Shown: positions 1 to 13,503, counted from the stretch's first letter. The stretch: 64,000 nucleotides of DNA from Phyllosticta citribraziliensis (GCF_038025025.1 NW_027117339.1:2046001-2110000), one strand, 5' to 3'. Made by a program: numbers and translations. Notes: generated by a model from the letters alone, not told the origin.

Positions 1-247
1 CAGCATTGGCCAAAAGGACAAGGCAGCAGCGCATTGCGGCAAGGAGGACCAGATGTTTGTCCAAAATTGCGCGAGCAGCTGGGTAAGTCGGAATGAGCTG
101 TCACAAAACAGGTGGTACAAGAACATAAGCTGATACCGGCTCGGGGGAACGATGCAGGTGCAATATTTTAAAAAGCGACGAGTTGTTGAGTACAAGAAAG
201 AGCAACAGTTGAAACAGCTCGAGGCAGAGGGCGCGAAGCCCATGTAG
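1..247 (+). CDS. COA6: Cytochrome c oxidase assembly factor 6 (COX6B-like twin-Cys protein), 3' part; intron 83-157
   Basis: Spliced translation ...SIGQKDKAAAHCGKEDQMFVQNCASSW|VQYFKKRRVVEYKKEQQLKQLEAEGAKPM*. The C-x10-C-x2-SWVxYFKKRR pattern is the Coa6 C-terminal signature. GTAAGT donor at 83, CAG acceptor at 157, TAG at 245-247. The 5' end lies outside the window. Confidence 0.8.
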
Positions 248-819
248 CGAGGCCCTAGCGCAACTTGACTTTGAGTTATCGCAAGACGAAGATGAATTAC
301 GGGCAAAACAAACGAGACGAAAGAAAAAGATTTCGCGGAGGTTTCCTGGCCCCAAGTGCATCGTTAGACGGCAAACCTTGCAAAATTATGATTTGAGGAA
401 GTGCGATGGGCACAGGAAGGCGGAAGACTGCGTATTTGCGCGCCTAAGGGACGACGCTGAAGCATGGCAAAAGTCGCGCCACCAGCTTCGGTCGGCTTCA
501 TGGCATGGCATCCACCTGCCGTGGTGGAATGCAGCTCGCCGTGGTGTTGGGACGCGTGGTTGCGGCCACTATCTTTCCCAGCAAATACGTTGGCCCAAAC
601 ACTTCCTTTGACATGACGCCAGGCTTGCTCACGGATCCCTGGCTGAAGACTGATCGCGACTTGGGCCTCGCCGTACCCCTCATACTGGTGCTAAAATCAA
701 GTGCTCAACAAGAAAGGTAGACACCCGGAGGAAAAGAGACAGCAAATGCAGGATGTACGTTCTTCAAGGGATGCCGATTCGCACTGGACTCTCACCACGT
801 TGATTTGGTGCCATACTTC

Positions 820-822
<3 letters not shown>

Positions 823-855
<33 letters not shown>
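823..855. repeat. 33-nt poly(C)/poly(G) homopolymer
   Basis: Uninterrupted C run counted directly in the intergenic region between convergent COA6 and the PARG-like gene. Confidence 0.9.
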
Positions 856-1419
856 TACGCTCATTCGATTGTTGACCGGTCGCGAGGAAGGTCCTACAGG
901 AAGGTTCTCGACATTCTGCTACCTGCAAAATCAGAGCAGGGAACTACGGGGTTGTACATACCGCAAACCGAGACTCGTTGTAACAAGTGGGGCGACCAGG
1001 TCATGTTTGGGATTATGCGATGCGCCTGCAGGCGCTTCCAGGGATCATCTCCACTACATCAAGGCGATGAATGACTGTCAACTGCACACCTCAGCAACAA
1101 GCCAGATCCATGTTTCACACCAAATCCTTGGCCCTTGCGTCCAGAGTCTAGACAAAGGGATTCTACGAAGCATGCTCTCAACCCGCACTGAGGTTGCAGC
1201 CCTACCGATCAATCAACGCCATTCACGTTTCAATTGCTGAAACAGATGGTTCTGCCTGGAAACTCGAATTCCACTACTGGCTGAAGGGATTCGAAAGGTG
1301 TATATACAAGAATTGGCACGAGAAGTGAAGGCAAGAAAAGTTGGAAAATTCGTGACTCTGCTAGAAGACAAGGTCTTTGGAACCAAATAGACCGCAGTTC
1401 GTTGCCGATGCGTCGGCCT

Positions 1420-2359
1420 TTACCGATATGCTGTCCTGAAAACGTTGGATGGGTCAAACTCTCGCCTAAAGATTTCATATTCCGTCGGCCCCCCCTTTGT
1501 GTTCCCTGGCTGGTTGGTCTCTACTGCGAAGACGACGTTGTGGAAGGCCCCCTGGAATTCCTTCTCCTGAAAGAGTAGCATTTTCCACATCTTGGCAACT
1601 TCTGCAGCGGGATTCCTGAAGATCGGACCAACACCGAATGCTCCCAGGCAAATGTTGCGATGACCCCACGCAAAGGCGATGCGGAGGACTGTGCGCATCT
1701 TCTCGAGCATCAATTCCCTTTCTTGCTCAAAAGAGTAACGCTGGCCGGATTCGTCGAGCTTCGGACGACGCACCGGGGCAACGGATATGACGGGCAGAGG
1801 TCTGAATTCTCTCCAAACTTGATAGCTGTCCGGGCCATCTCGGAAAACGACTACAGGTACCAAGTTACTATACGCCGCAACATGGACTCGTCAAGGTTGA
1901 CGTACCGACTGAGGGAGAGTACATTCCACCTGTTTGAGGTACAGGATAGTGTGAGCTGGTCCCCGAGTATGCCGACCAAGGGGTCACCAGACTGTGCACA
2001 AGGTTGCTTCTCCTGGCAAAACACTCCTCTGGGGCCAGCAAGCCAGACTCCCAATCCCCGCCGGCACGCTTTTCGTTGGCCATGTTGACGACCGGGATGG
2101 GAGGAGCACTGCTGGATACTGTGCCATTCTGACGGCTGTACAGATCCCAGTCAAGAGCAACATCCACAGGATCGCCATCAATGACGGCAACCCGGAGTCT
2201 GTGTCTTGACTTGGCATCTACTCGAATCGGGATCTCAGAGCTGTCGGAGACGAGGATCGAGCGGGCCGGATATTCGGGCATGCGGCGCTGGATGTAGGGT
2301 ATATAAGTCTTCTTTGCCTCTGCGGCAATCTCTGATGGCTTCGGCTTTGCTTGAGGCAT
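1420..2359 (-). CDS. DUF2263 / microbial-type poly(ADP-ribose) glycohydrolase-like macrodomain protein; intron 1851-1905
   Basis: Joins ORFs 1868..2497 and 1420..1863. Motifs VVNMANEKRAGGDWESGLLAPEECFARRSNL, GGMYSPSVVVFRDG, ISVAPVRRP and ICLGAFGVG match the TIGR02452/DUF2263 family. ATG 2359 preferred; an in-frame ATG also exists at 2497. Confidence 0.8.
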
Positions 2360-3943
2360 GATGACGACTTCGGACTGGAAATGTGGAGGCTGGGGATAAG
2401 AGAACTTGTGCGGGTTTGGGAGGGGGGGACACTGTTTTAAATAGAGGTGCAAGGCAACGAGCATTGCGGTATCAAGCATTGAGGCGACTGGAGACATTGC
2501 TTTAGGTCAACCGGTGGTCTCGCAGGAGACAAAGGCAAGGAGCCAAGTGGGATCGTGACGGTACCGAGAATGACGACGTGGTAGAACATTCAGAAAAGCA
2601 GCGAATTGGAAGACGAAGCGCAAGTCCGCTCCTAATCATCACAGAGTGTTTCGAATGCTGATGCGAATGATAGGTCCGTCTACACATCCGATCTTGATAC
2701 TGTACTTGTGTCCCGGCCGCTGCACGACAGCCAAGTAGTGCGTCGATTAGAGGCACATTACCAAAGTGGAAAGGCTCCAGACCGAGCGGATGCCAGCAAC
2801 CGCCCTACAGCGGCCTGAATCCTGGGAGGGCCAACATGTTGGGTGATCTGGCGTCGTTCTGGACATGGGCCGCGAAGCTGGTCCGGACGATCTGCGGACC
2901 CCAGGAACGGATCATAGATCTGTGTGGGACGAAGGGGCGCACATTACAGGAACGGGCTGATACGGACGGGAGATAGACGAGGACTTTTGCATCAAAGATG
3001 CTGCACCGTGTACATACATACAGAACAGCACAGAGGCGCAGAAGGCCGGAGCCGCCAGGCACGCGGGAAGCGGATTGTGGCACCAGGGAGGCAAAGAAGA
3101 AGACGAAGTAACCGAGGGGACCACGGGTCTTGCCGAGCAGAGCAGGTGGAAACGTGTAAGCAAGGTCGGTTGTGACGGAGCTGGCTGTTGGCAATGGCAC
3201 AGGCAGCAGAACGTGGCCGTCGATTGGCACCAGCTCTGTTGTTGTAGACGTGCAAAAAGCTGGGAGACGATCCAATGGCGGGGGGCTCGCCTATAGCATG
3301 CACTATGATGCCAGCTGGCACATGTAGACAAGAGTAGGGCCAAGGTGCAGGCCACAGCTGTGCCACGCTTTGAAACTGTTCCACAGACGACGACAGTGTA
3401 CAGGACATGTGGGTGGGGCCGCCTGGAACGAACAAGGGAGCGAGGAGGAAGCTGTACAAGTCAGCGAGACCGGACAAACTGTAACGTGGTAGTCGTCAGA
3501 GGGGACGAGGAAAGAGAAGGCAAGGCGGCCGGGAACCTTGATTTGACGATGCAGATGGCTTTTGGCAGACCTCTTCCGTCCTGTCCTGTCGAAGAGATGG
3601 AGTCGGTTTCAGCAAAGGCGCGGTACTTCAGTTCCGGACGAAGACCTCCGCTGGCTGCCGTGGGTGGCTTCCTCCGCTGTGTCCATCCGGGCCGAGCGAC
3701 GGGAGCCAGCCAGCGCACTCGGACCGGGAAGGGCTGCCCGGCCCGTCCGCCGGAAGAAATCGGCGTCTCGGGAGCCCGTCGGCCAGGTCCTGACGGGACC
3801 TGAGTCGACCTTGCCTCCACTGCCAAACCAAACCAAACCAACAACACTGCCACCGCCATTCGCTCTCGCCTCTCCAGCTCTCCTCACTCCCCTTCAGACC
3901 GCCGAATCTCGCCGCGCCGCAATCCCCTCACCTCCCCCCTGTC

Positions 3944-5706
3944 ATGCTCGTCGGGCCGCGACGACTGCTGGTGCCGCTGCGGCCGCTGTGCCCTCGTTCC
4001 GCATTGCCATCTCACACTGTACGACTGCTATCAACTTCGAGCCGGTCAACCATTGCCCGCCTACTGAATACCGATCCCTCCTCGTCATCCTCTCTCGCTC
4101 ATCATCCTCCAACCCCTGTCGCCGGTGAAACAGTCAGCGTCAATGGTTGGGTGCGCTCTGTCCGGAAACAAAAGCGCATTGCGTTTGCCGCTGTGGGCGA
4201 CGGCTCCTCCCTCGCGCCGTTGCAGGTGGTAATGAGTCCTGAGCTGGCTACAGGGTCAGTAGTTGAGCCCATCCTCGGTATACCCATCTGTGGCGGCTTG
4301 CTCACCACAACTTCTCGACCTGTAGACTGTCTACAGGTGTCGGTGTTGCCATTACCGGCCAATGGCAGCCCTCTCCACCAGGCAAGCAACAAGCCCAGGA
4401 GCTGCACGCGCAGCACATCCGTGTCTTGGGCGAAAATGACTCGGCTGTGAGTTGCAAATTCCAATTCTTGTCACGTCCAGACCAGCACGCCTCACACATT
4501 TAGAAATATCCATTGCAAAAGAAATTCCACACCACCGAGTTCCTGAGGACCCTGCCCCACCTACGCACGCGCACTCCCTTCAATTCGTTGATGCTCCGCT
4601 TGCGCTCGCATGTTATTGCGCAGGCAACTGCCTTCTTCGCCTCACAAGACTACGTGCAGTCTCACCCTCCCGTCATTACCTCGTCAGATTGTGAAGGAGC
4701 CGGTGAAGTCTTCACTGTCGTGGCACAGGGTGACGCACCAAAAGGTGACTCTGGCTCCGCTGCTCCTAGCGAGCACTTCTTCCGACACCCCAAGTACCTC
4801 ACAGTCTCTTCGCAACTCCATCTCGAAGCGCTTTCACAGTCGGTAGGCAAAGTCTGGTGCTTGTCCCCTGCTTTTCGAGCCGAAAAAAGCAGCACCCCTC
4901 GTCATCTCAGCGAATTCTACATGTTGGAGGCAGAGCTCAGTTTCGTCGAGCAGCTCGACGATGTCATGGATGCCGTTGAGGAAATGCTCAGACACGTTGC
5001 AGTCAACCTCAGAGACTCCGCCGTTGGCCGAGAGCTCCTGACTGCAAGATCATCCGAGTATTTAAAGGGCGAGGAGAGCGATGGGATTACGGCCGAGGCT
5101 TTGACTCGAAGATGGGAAGGCTTGTGCAGAAGTGATTGGCCTCGCATCTCCTTTGCCGAAGCCGTCACACGACTCCAGGACGCGCAAAATAGAGGCGAGG
5201 TATCATTCCAATTTGCCCCCTCTTTCGATCACGGACTACAGACAGAGCACGAGGCATTCATCGCCAACACAGTCGGACAAGGAAGCCCAGTTTTCGTGAC
5301 GGACTATCCACGGTCGGTGAAACCGTTCTACATGTCTCCAACTAATGTTGGCTCCAGCCAGCATCCTCCGTCAGAGACAGTAGCTTGCTTTGATCTGCTG
5401 GTGCCAGATACTTGTGAACTGGTCGGTGGATCGTTGCGCGAGCATCGTTTACCAGAGCTGCTTGCGGCCATGGATTCACACGGTATGAAAGTGCCTACAT
5501 TCTCTGGGGAGTCCGAGGATGAAAACTCGGAGTCATCTGCTGATGAAGCGGGCCTACAATGGTATGCCGATTTACGACGATTTGGCAGTGTACCACACGG
5601 CGGATATGGTATTGGCTTTGACCGGCTTCTATCATACCTCTCGGGTGTCCCAAACCTCCGCGATGTCGTTTCTTTCCCGAGGTGGCACCAACGATGCGAC
5701 TGCTGA
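3944..5706 (+). CDS. SLM5: Mitochondrial asparaginyl-tRNA synthetase; introns 4255-4325 and 4447-4503
   Basis: Arg/Leu/Ser-rich presequence, OB-fold (GWVRSVRKQK), class IIb motifs YLTVSSQLHLE, AFRAEKSSTPRHLSEFYMLE, KPFYM and PHGGYGIGFDRL. Confidence 0.93.
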
Positions 5707-7280
5707 GAGAACTAGAGACTCGCATTTCAGCGCCAGTGTCCATGGGGTTTGTTTTGGCCGATCAGCCCAAAGCACACGCAAAAGTCCTCTCCCTTGAAGA
5801 TTGTCGCATGTCTTCAAGGCGCGCGCGGGCCCAGAATTTGGCACTAATTCCTCGGATGCCTCGGTGAGTGATGGCATGTAAATGGGATCTCATTTGCATA
5901 GACAGACCGTTCGAGCCCGAGCACGTCAGTTGTCGCCCGAAGAAGCGTCCAGTGCGGCTTCAATGACAAAGCAGTTTGAGTTATGGGCTGTCACTATTCC
6001 GCCTCCATGCGCATGCAGATGAACAGGCGCCTTGGATTAGAGGTCCACGAGAGCAGCACGTCCTGCTGTTTCGGCGCGCCGGGCGGATCTCCACACATGC
6101 TGCTTGTATCGTGTATTTCTCTGGATGGAGTAGTGAGGCTGAACATGGACATAAAGGTCACCAACAAGCCGGCGCTTAGGTTGTTCGAAGTCCAAAGCAC
6201 GCCAGCTTAGACTGGATTGACGTAGCGTTGCCGCCGAATGGTATTGAGGTGGTCTAGTGAATTAGGTCCAAGTCTGCAAAGGTACATTGCCACGCCTGTT
6301 TGAATGTAAGAATTCGGAGTCTTCTAAGTTGCGACTTTGTGCAGCCGACCTGTGCCGGCCTCGGAAACCTCTATGTCCGATCGTGGTTGGTTGGCCTGCG
6401 TAAGGCCATTGCTTGAACCGAAATCTGTGGAGCGGGATTGGTCAATTGGCGGGCTGACTTGGCTCCGAACTCGGTGATATTCGATGGAATTATTTGGCAG
6501 TCTTGGGCAATGTCAACAATGAGCGTCCCATGGCTCTTGATTGGCTGTGGCGGTCGAGCGTCTGTTTGTCTCTTTCGCGCTTTTCAGCGCCAGTGCTTGC
6601 ATGCAATTGTGCTGCAAATGGGTGTGCTCGGCGCATAAGAAAATCTATTCGGCAGACACAACTCTGCTGACTGTTGATACTCGCCGACCAGAGATGCTGA
6701 CCAGGCAATGACCGCGACCTCGTCAAGCGTCTCCGAGACAAAATTTCAGGTCCGAGTGCTGCACATGAGAATCCAGGGGGCCAAGCCGGAGTCAGCCTGT
6801 CGGCCAAAGAAGGATTTGATGGTGTTGCAGTGATCTCCGCGGGCCATCAACCAGCTGGTGCGGCGAGCGAAGTTGCGGGATGCATCTAGCGGAGAAAGTG
6901 CACATTAAAGCGCAGCGCAGCGCAATCACTTGGGGATTTTTCGTGGATCAAATGAAGACGGCCGTATGCCAAATGATTTGTGAAGGTCGGAGTCTGGGCT
7001 CCCCCGGCCTAGTCGCAGCTTGCAGCGACGAGATGACATAAACGGGGTTAGCGCGGATGGGTAGCTTCAGCGAGAGACAGCTTTGAGAAAACCGAGGACG
7101 GCCTCGTCACTTCTCATCCACATCCCAACCACCAGCGATTGCAGCCGGATACCCTCGCATACTGTCGAATCTTGCGCAACTTTTGCTTCTGAGCGCAAAT
7201 TTTCACTCGCATCGCCTCTCTCTTCGAGCGCAATCACCGCAACCATAGCTACCGAACAGACCCCCGGCGTGGTGGCTTAT

Positions 7281-8638
7281 ATGGCCGCTCACGACAGAGT
7301 ACCAGCTCCTGTAGAAGACGTAGCTGAGTTCGAGTATGTGGCAGCTCCTGGGATGCGCATTGCAGACAAGCGTGCTAACTGCGCCTAGCTATGAATCGTT
7401 ACCACCCAACTACTCTCTCGCCGCCAACATGACGGCGGGCGCATTCGCCGGTATCGCGGTATGCCACGACGAGGCGCTTTACACACGAAGGGAAGCTGAA
7501 TAGACATAGGAGCACTCGGTCATGTACCCGATCGACCTGCTGAAGGTGCGTTTGCAAGTTTCGGAGTCGCCGGCTGAAGGGTCCTGACCAAAGGTTTTAT
7601 CCAGACGCGCATGCAAGTCGCCAACCCGTCGCCCACGGCAGTCTACTCGGGCATATCCAACGCCATGATCACGATAACAAGACTCGAAGGCTTTCGCACA
7701 TTATGGCGAGGAGTGTCCAGCGTGGTGCTGGGGGCCGGTAGGTTCTGGAGACAATGAGGTTTGCAGAGAGCCTCGTATAACATTGGACAGGGCCTGCCCA
7801 CGCGGTCTATTTCGCGACCTACGAGGCCGTCAAGCACTCGGCCGGTGGAAATGAAGGAGGAAAGCATGAGCACCATCCCTTTGCTGCCGGTAATTATTCG
7901 ACAGGCCCCCAAAGAAAAGCATTTGGTAATGGTTACTGACGAAGCACAGCCTTGAGCGGAGCCTCGGCGACGATTGCGAGCGATGCGCTCATGAATCCAT
8001 TCGATGGTAAGAGTTGCAGCTACATGGAGCAGTGATTTTTCCCCCTTGTCTTGGACCGCCATCTCACAGTTTGCAGTCATCAAGCAGCGGATGCAGTTGC
8101 ACGGATCCTCGCACAAGTCCCTATCAGACTGTGCGAAATCGGTCTTCCGGCACGAGGGAATCGGCGCGTTTTACGTGTCTTACCCGACGACTTTATGCAT
8201 GACGGTCCCCTTCACGGCGTTGCAGTTTGTGGCCTACGAATCGCTATCCAAGACGATGAACCCGACGGGCCGATGGGATCCGTACACGCACTGCACGGCG
8301 GGAGGGCTGGCGGGAGGGCTGGCGGCGGGCGTCACGACGCCACTCGACGTGATCAAGACACTTTTGCAGACCCGAGGATCGGCGGCGGAAGCGGAGCTGC
8401 GAAATGTCAGGGGTCTGTTGGAGGCGGCCAAGATCATCAAGCGGCGCGACGGCTGGAGGGGCTTTTTCAGAGGACTCAAGCCGAGGATAGTCACGACCAT
8501 GCCAAGTACGGCCATTTGCTGGTCAGTGTGCCCTTTTTCCACCGGGGTCCTTGGGACAAGTAGGTCGAAAGCTGACATGGCTCCAGGACGGCGTACGAGA
8601 TGGCCAAGGCCTTTTTCATCTCGCAAAACACCGACTAG
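7281..8638 (+). CDS. MRS4: Mitochondrial iron carrier (mitoferrin, MRS3/MRS4 family); about 8 exons
   Basis: Spliced translation EFDYESLP...AGAFAGIAEHSVMYPIDLLKTRMQ...GAGPAHAVYFATYE...SDALMNPFDVIKQRMQ...AFYVSYPTTL...TTPLDVIKTLLQTRG...MPSTAICWTAYEMAK. Three PxDxxKxxxQ carrier signatures; all seven introns GT-AG with branch sites. Confidence 0.92.
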
Positions 8639-9385
8639 ACGGCGGACGGACGGTTCCCTTGTGATGTATGGACCATTTGTATGATTTGCACCAAAAAGTC
8701 AGAGTGACATTGGGTTTTGGGCCGTCACTCAGGATACCTACCGGTAGGCCGGATTCTGGCATAGACGCGCGAGAGGGAGCCGGAGCGATGTTGCGTTGGG
8801 CAGGTCGCGGGCGTTTATGTTTGCTTCATTGTGGTGTACATTAGCGGCAGCATACGTCGTGTAGCTAACGGGATATGTATGGTGGGATTTGTATTTTCTG
8901 TTGGACTCGAAATAAAGGTCAGGCCGAAGACGGCGAGAGAGTAAAAGCCTTTGCGCAGCCAGCGGTGCCACGTAGAAATGCACATGGGCAAGATGTACTC
9001 GCTCGCTCATCAAGGTGCCTGGGGTCTCGCGAGTCATGGGCCTATCGATAAGATACAACAGCCGCTCCCGAAGAAGGTAAGGAAGTGGGAAGGTAAGCGC
9101 TCAGCTCAGCCCACCCCATTAGGTTACCTTAGGTTAGCAGCTCGCCGCGGCTTCAGTGACGTCGCGTTTGTGCCGGGTACGTCCCCAGCCACCAGACACC
9201 ACCCAAGTCCATCCCAGTCGTCGGCCTCCCAGGGTCCGCTCCAGGTCACGTCCGTCCAGCGTCGTCTCCCTCGTACCTACGTCGTCTATGTACGCGTCGG
9301 CCATACCCACCATCCCACCCCTCTGGACGTCTCCAGACAGCAGACACCTTGGCGACGCCCACCCGGCGCCTGCGAACCGCCCCCC

Positions 9386-11943
9386 ATGATGCGCCAGAAG
9401 CCCTCGGCCGCCATGCAAAAAACATACGACGACTGCTACTTGACATGCTCCACGGCTGTCTACTTTGAGACTCAGGTACTTGCCCATTCCCCAGCTCCAT
9501 GGCCTCAGTCGTTGCTCACCTCTTCCGCTGCTAGGGAAACGAAGCCGAGGCCTTGCGCTCGTGGCGGAGCGCACTCGACAACATCTACTACTTCAACGCC
9601 TACCGACGCCCTGCTGCCTGGACACCCAAGACCGAGACGGACAAAGCCCTGCAGGCTTCGCTTCGAGAACTCGAGCTACAATGCAAAGAACGCGTCGACC
9701 TGCTTGAGGCCTTGAGACAAAGTCGCAAGGACGGGAGGAAGGATGGAGATCCTGCGACCGCAAGTGGATTAGAGTCCCTCCCAGCGCGCGTCTCTCCCAA
9801 GGCAGACACCCCGAGGGAAACAACAGGATGGTTGGGCGAAGGCACCGTTCCTGCTAGCAACTATTCAGACGTTGCACGGCCTGTCCTTCCAAAACGGCCA
9901 TCAATGCCAGGGTACTCGGGAAGAAGCAGCGAGGGCAAAGTCCCTGGTTTGTCCTCGATCAACGGAATCTCCATCCCATCTCCTCCGGTGCTGCCGCTCC
10001 CTTCTTCCCTGATGAAGTCATCGCGAACACCAAGTCCAGACAAGAAAAAAGGCGGGATGCTCAAGACACTAAGGCCAAACAAAGATGGGAGGAAGTCATC
10101 GTCATCTTCGGCTGGACCATCAAAGCTGACATCACGCCCTCCCGCTGCGGCCAAAGCCGCTACTCAAGCCTGGGAATCGATCTCCAGTGCAAACCAGAGC
10201 CAATTGTTTTATGAGCAATGCGCAAGTAAAGAGGCCTTTCCTGGTTCGTCAACAGAGAGGATCGCGAAGCCAATGTGTGAAGAATCTCGAAAATTGCAGA
10301 AATCATGGAACACACCCGAGGCCCATTCAACTTACATGCGGCCTGCTGATGATGACATTCTCAGCCTCGATTCCACCCGAGAAAGCATTCCAGCAGCAGC
10401 AAACGGCCAAAGGCCCGGTAGCGAAAAACCGGAGCGCAAAAAGCCCCCAACACCACCACCACATCGGCGTTTGCATAGACCCATCTCATCAAGTCACGAT
10501 AGTGACTTGGATCTGTCCCGGAAACCTTTGCCGGCATTCCCATCGTACAGGAGCGAATATCTCCCTCCAGAGAGGAAACATGTTCCGGTTGGGAGTACAA
10601 AATCACCCAGACCTCGGACAGACCGTGCCAGAAAAGCAGCGGGAGGCACCAGGGTTTTTGCACGTGTCGAGCCGTCTGAAGGCATCAAACGCAGGACACC
10701 TCGTGATAGGCCTGGGATTCTGAAAGCGGATGCTTCAAAGGCGTCATTTACAAGCGATGACGAAAGTGCTAGCACCAGTTCCGACTTTGAAGAGCAAACG
10801 CCGAACACAAAGGCTGGCGGATCATCCGCGTCGATCGGGCGTCGATTGAACCAAGCCTCTGAAGGCACTGGTGATGAGCAAGAAGAAGAATCGAAGCCGG
10901 ACGGTCAGGCTTGGAAAGAGAGCATGGACCGTGTGCTAAAGCAACTTCCCAAAGGAGTCGATGCTGCCGCTGCTAAGCAAATATTCAACGAAATCGTCAT
11001 CCAGGGGGATGAAGTGCATTGGGATGATGTTGCTGGTCTCGAGTCCGCCAAATCAGCTCTCAAGGAGACTGTCGTTTACCCGTTTCTGCGGCCCGATCTC
11101 TTCATGGGACTCCGCGAGCCGGCGAGAGGGATGCTCCTCTTCGGGCCCCCGGGGACGGGAAAGACGATGTTGGCGCGAGCCGTTGCAACAGAGTCGAAAT
11201 CCACCTTCTTTGCCATTTCGGCTAGCAGCCTTACGAGCAAGTACCTGGGAGAGTCAGAGAAATTGGTCCGCGCCTTGTTCCAGCTTGCCAGAGCTCTTGC
11301 GCCCTCGATCATCTTCGTCGACGAGATAGACTCGCTCCTGTCCTCTCGTTCTGGCTCTTCTGAACACGAGGCCACCCGCCGCATCAAGACTGAATTTTTG
11401 ATACAGTGGTCAGATCTCGCCAAGGCGGCCGCTGGTAGGGAGCAGAGCGAAAAGGAGAAGGAGAGGGGAGACGCGAGTCGTGTCCTTGTCCTCGCCGCAA
11501 CCAACTTGCCTTGGGCGATCGATGAAGCAGCCAGGAGGCGATTCGTGAGGAGACAGTACATCCCACTACCGGAAGACCACGTGCGAAAAGCCCAGTTGCA
11601 GACTCTGATGAGCCACCAAAAGCATAGCATTGGCGATGACGAGCTTGACCGCCTTGTTACACTGACTGAAGGTAAGTGCCCGACGGGACTTTTTGGGCTA
11701 TAAAACTCACCGGTATTACTAGGATTTTCTGGCTCCGACATCACCGCACTGGCAAAAGACGCGGCAATGGGCCCTCTTCGCAGTCTGGGGGAAAGGCTCC
11801 TGCACATGACCATGGAGGAAATCAGGCCGATTCAGTTCGAGGATTTTGAAGCGAGTTTGAACAGCATCAGGCCAAGCGTCAGCAAGCAGGGCCTCAAGCA
11901 ATTCGAAGATTGGGCTAAGGAGTTCGGAGAGCGTGGAGGCTAG
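9386..11943 (+). CDS. Spastin/fidgetin-clade AAA ATPase (Sap1/Yta6-like) with N-terminal MIT-like helical region; introns 9476-9534 and 11672-11722
   Basis: VHWDDVAGL, Walker A GPPGTGKT, pore loop SKYLGE, Walker [28 protein letters not shown], and Vps4-C-like tail [21 protein letters not shown]. Confidence 0.9.
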
Positions 11944-13406
11944 CAAGCAAAGCAACCAAGATGCTTCCTGGCAAGCCAAAGAACCAAACAGCCTGTGAAA
12001 CGTGTTGAGGACGATAATGTTGAACCCCGCTTGCGACGTGTGAAAGGTGCGACTCTCTTGGTACCGCAGATGTCCGAGTGGAAATGGACCGTACAAGTAC
12101 CTTCCCGTCGGTGCAGACTCGGCGCAATCATGGTTCACACAGACGCTGTCCCCAGAGGGCACAGTCTTGTCGCGATCTCTGAGGGAGGCAAGATTTACAA
12201 TTTACTTGTACCAATCAGAGAAGCGAATTGTGGAAGCTGTGGAGGAAGAAAAAAAAAAAAAAAAAGGAAAACGATTATGGCTTGGTCGGGGTGACTGACA
12301 CATTTACAGTGGAAGAAATGGAAATACAACGAACTTTTCGCAGCAACCGTCTTCATCATATTCCGGGCTTTGGCCCTCCGAAAGTCTACCGGGAGTGACC
12401 AGTAAGATGTACCTACCACCAACCAGAGAAATATTACACGTACAGGTATCCAACCAAAAAGCAACGACTTTCGGCGTGTTAAGAGCTCGGTTTGCGTAAG
12501 AGGTCCAAGCCCTTTCATCTGTGTAGCGGCGGAGGACAGCATAGATTGGCAACCCCTGCAGCTCCAGCCCGCCTCGAATTCCAACACAGCACGGTGGTGC
12601 CCTTGCAGTCATGAGCAAGAGGGCTTACGCGTTCGACCACTTTCACCTGGAAGAAATGGAAAGTGTTGATGGGCCAAAACTAGGGAGATATTAACCGGGT
12701 AGATGTGCTCCAAAGGCACGGGCATTGCTTCGAGTCTCGGGGCAAAGTTGCATGGTTTCTCGATGGAAGAAGTCGCCATGTGTTTCCAATCAGCCGCCTC
12801 CGGTTGGTGGCAGAATCGTTCTCGATGGTGTTGCTCCGGGCGCCAAGGCCAGCGCCAAGAGATGCTTACGACTGCGGTTCCCACTCTTCGCTCGCTGCCG
12901 ATGTGCTGTGTCCAAGCCGCGTCACCAAACTGCCAACCTACCTGCCTATCAGCACCGTTTCTTTACTCATCTCCTATTTGAATCTGTCGTCGAGCCGCAT
13001 GCTTGTCCTACCACCTTGAGGCTCTGTGCTCTCCATGCGCGTCCCTGGCCTATTCTGATGGGTGCCGCTTGTCATCGTGGGCCGTCGAGCCCATATGTTC
13101 TTAGGTTGTGGAAAGCCAGCGTGGACCGTGGATTGGAAATGGAAGAACTACTGGTTGAGAGGATTCTTCGGAATGACGCGCGTGTGCTTCTGGTGTGCGT
13201 CAAGAGCACCAGCTGCATCAGTCACTGTGCCCCGGACTGTCTCTGTGGAGAAGTGGGCCCACATGGGTGTAAAACGCCTGGCCAAATGGTGCATGGTTGC
13301 TCGCGTCCATCCCAACTGGTGTGCCCTGTGTCTTTGCTGCGTGCGTATCCAGTATCGATCGTCGAGTTTGAGGCTGGTCGCCGTGCTCTGTCCACGCGTT
13401 GTTGTG

Positions 13407-13412
13407 TATAAA
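13407..13412 (+). promoter_or_regulatory. TATA box of the dioxygenase gene
   Basis: TATAAA about 95 nt upstream of ATG 13504, followed by a CT-rich leader. Confidence 0.5.
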
Positions 13413-13503
13413 GGGCTGTTGAACTGTCGTGGTTGAGCTGTTTCCCATCCAGAAAACATTGCACCCTTCTCTTTCTCCGTCCTTCTTTCTCCCGAGATCC
13501 ATC

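Noticed and set aside
701..1240. ORFs with poly-proline tracts
   Set aside because: The prolines come only from the C33 homopolymer; there are no other coding features.
6422..6441. CCAAT-N12-ATT (CBC:HapX-type iron motif) on the minus strand upstream of mitoferrin
   Set aside because: Biologically plausible, but so degenerate that about 0.4 hits are expected by chance in a 1.5-kb promoter, and no SreA ATCWGATAA site was seen.
12249..12265. A17 tract as a possible retroelement tail
   Set aside because: No target-site duplication or element body; typical of a 3' intergenic region.
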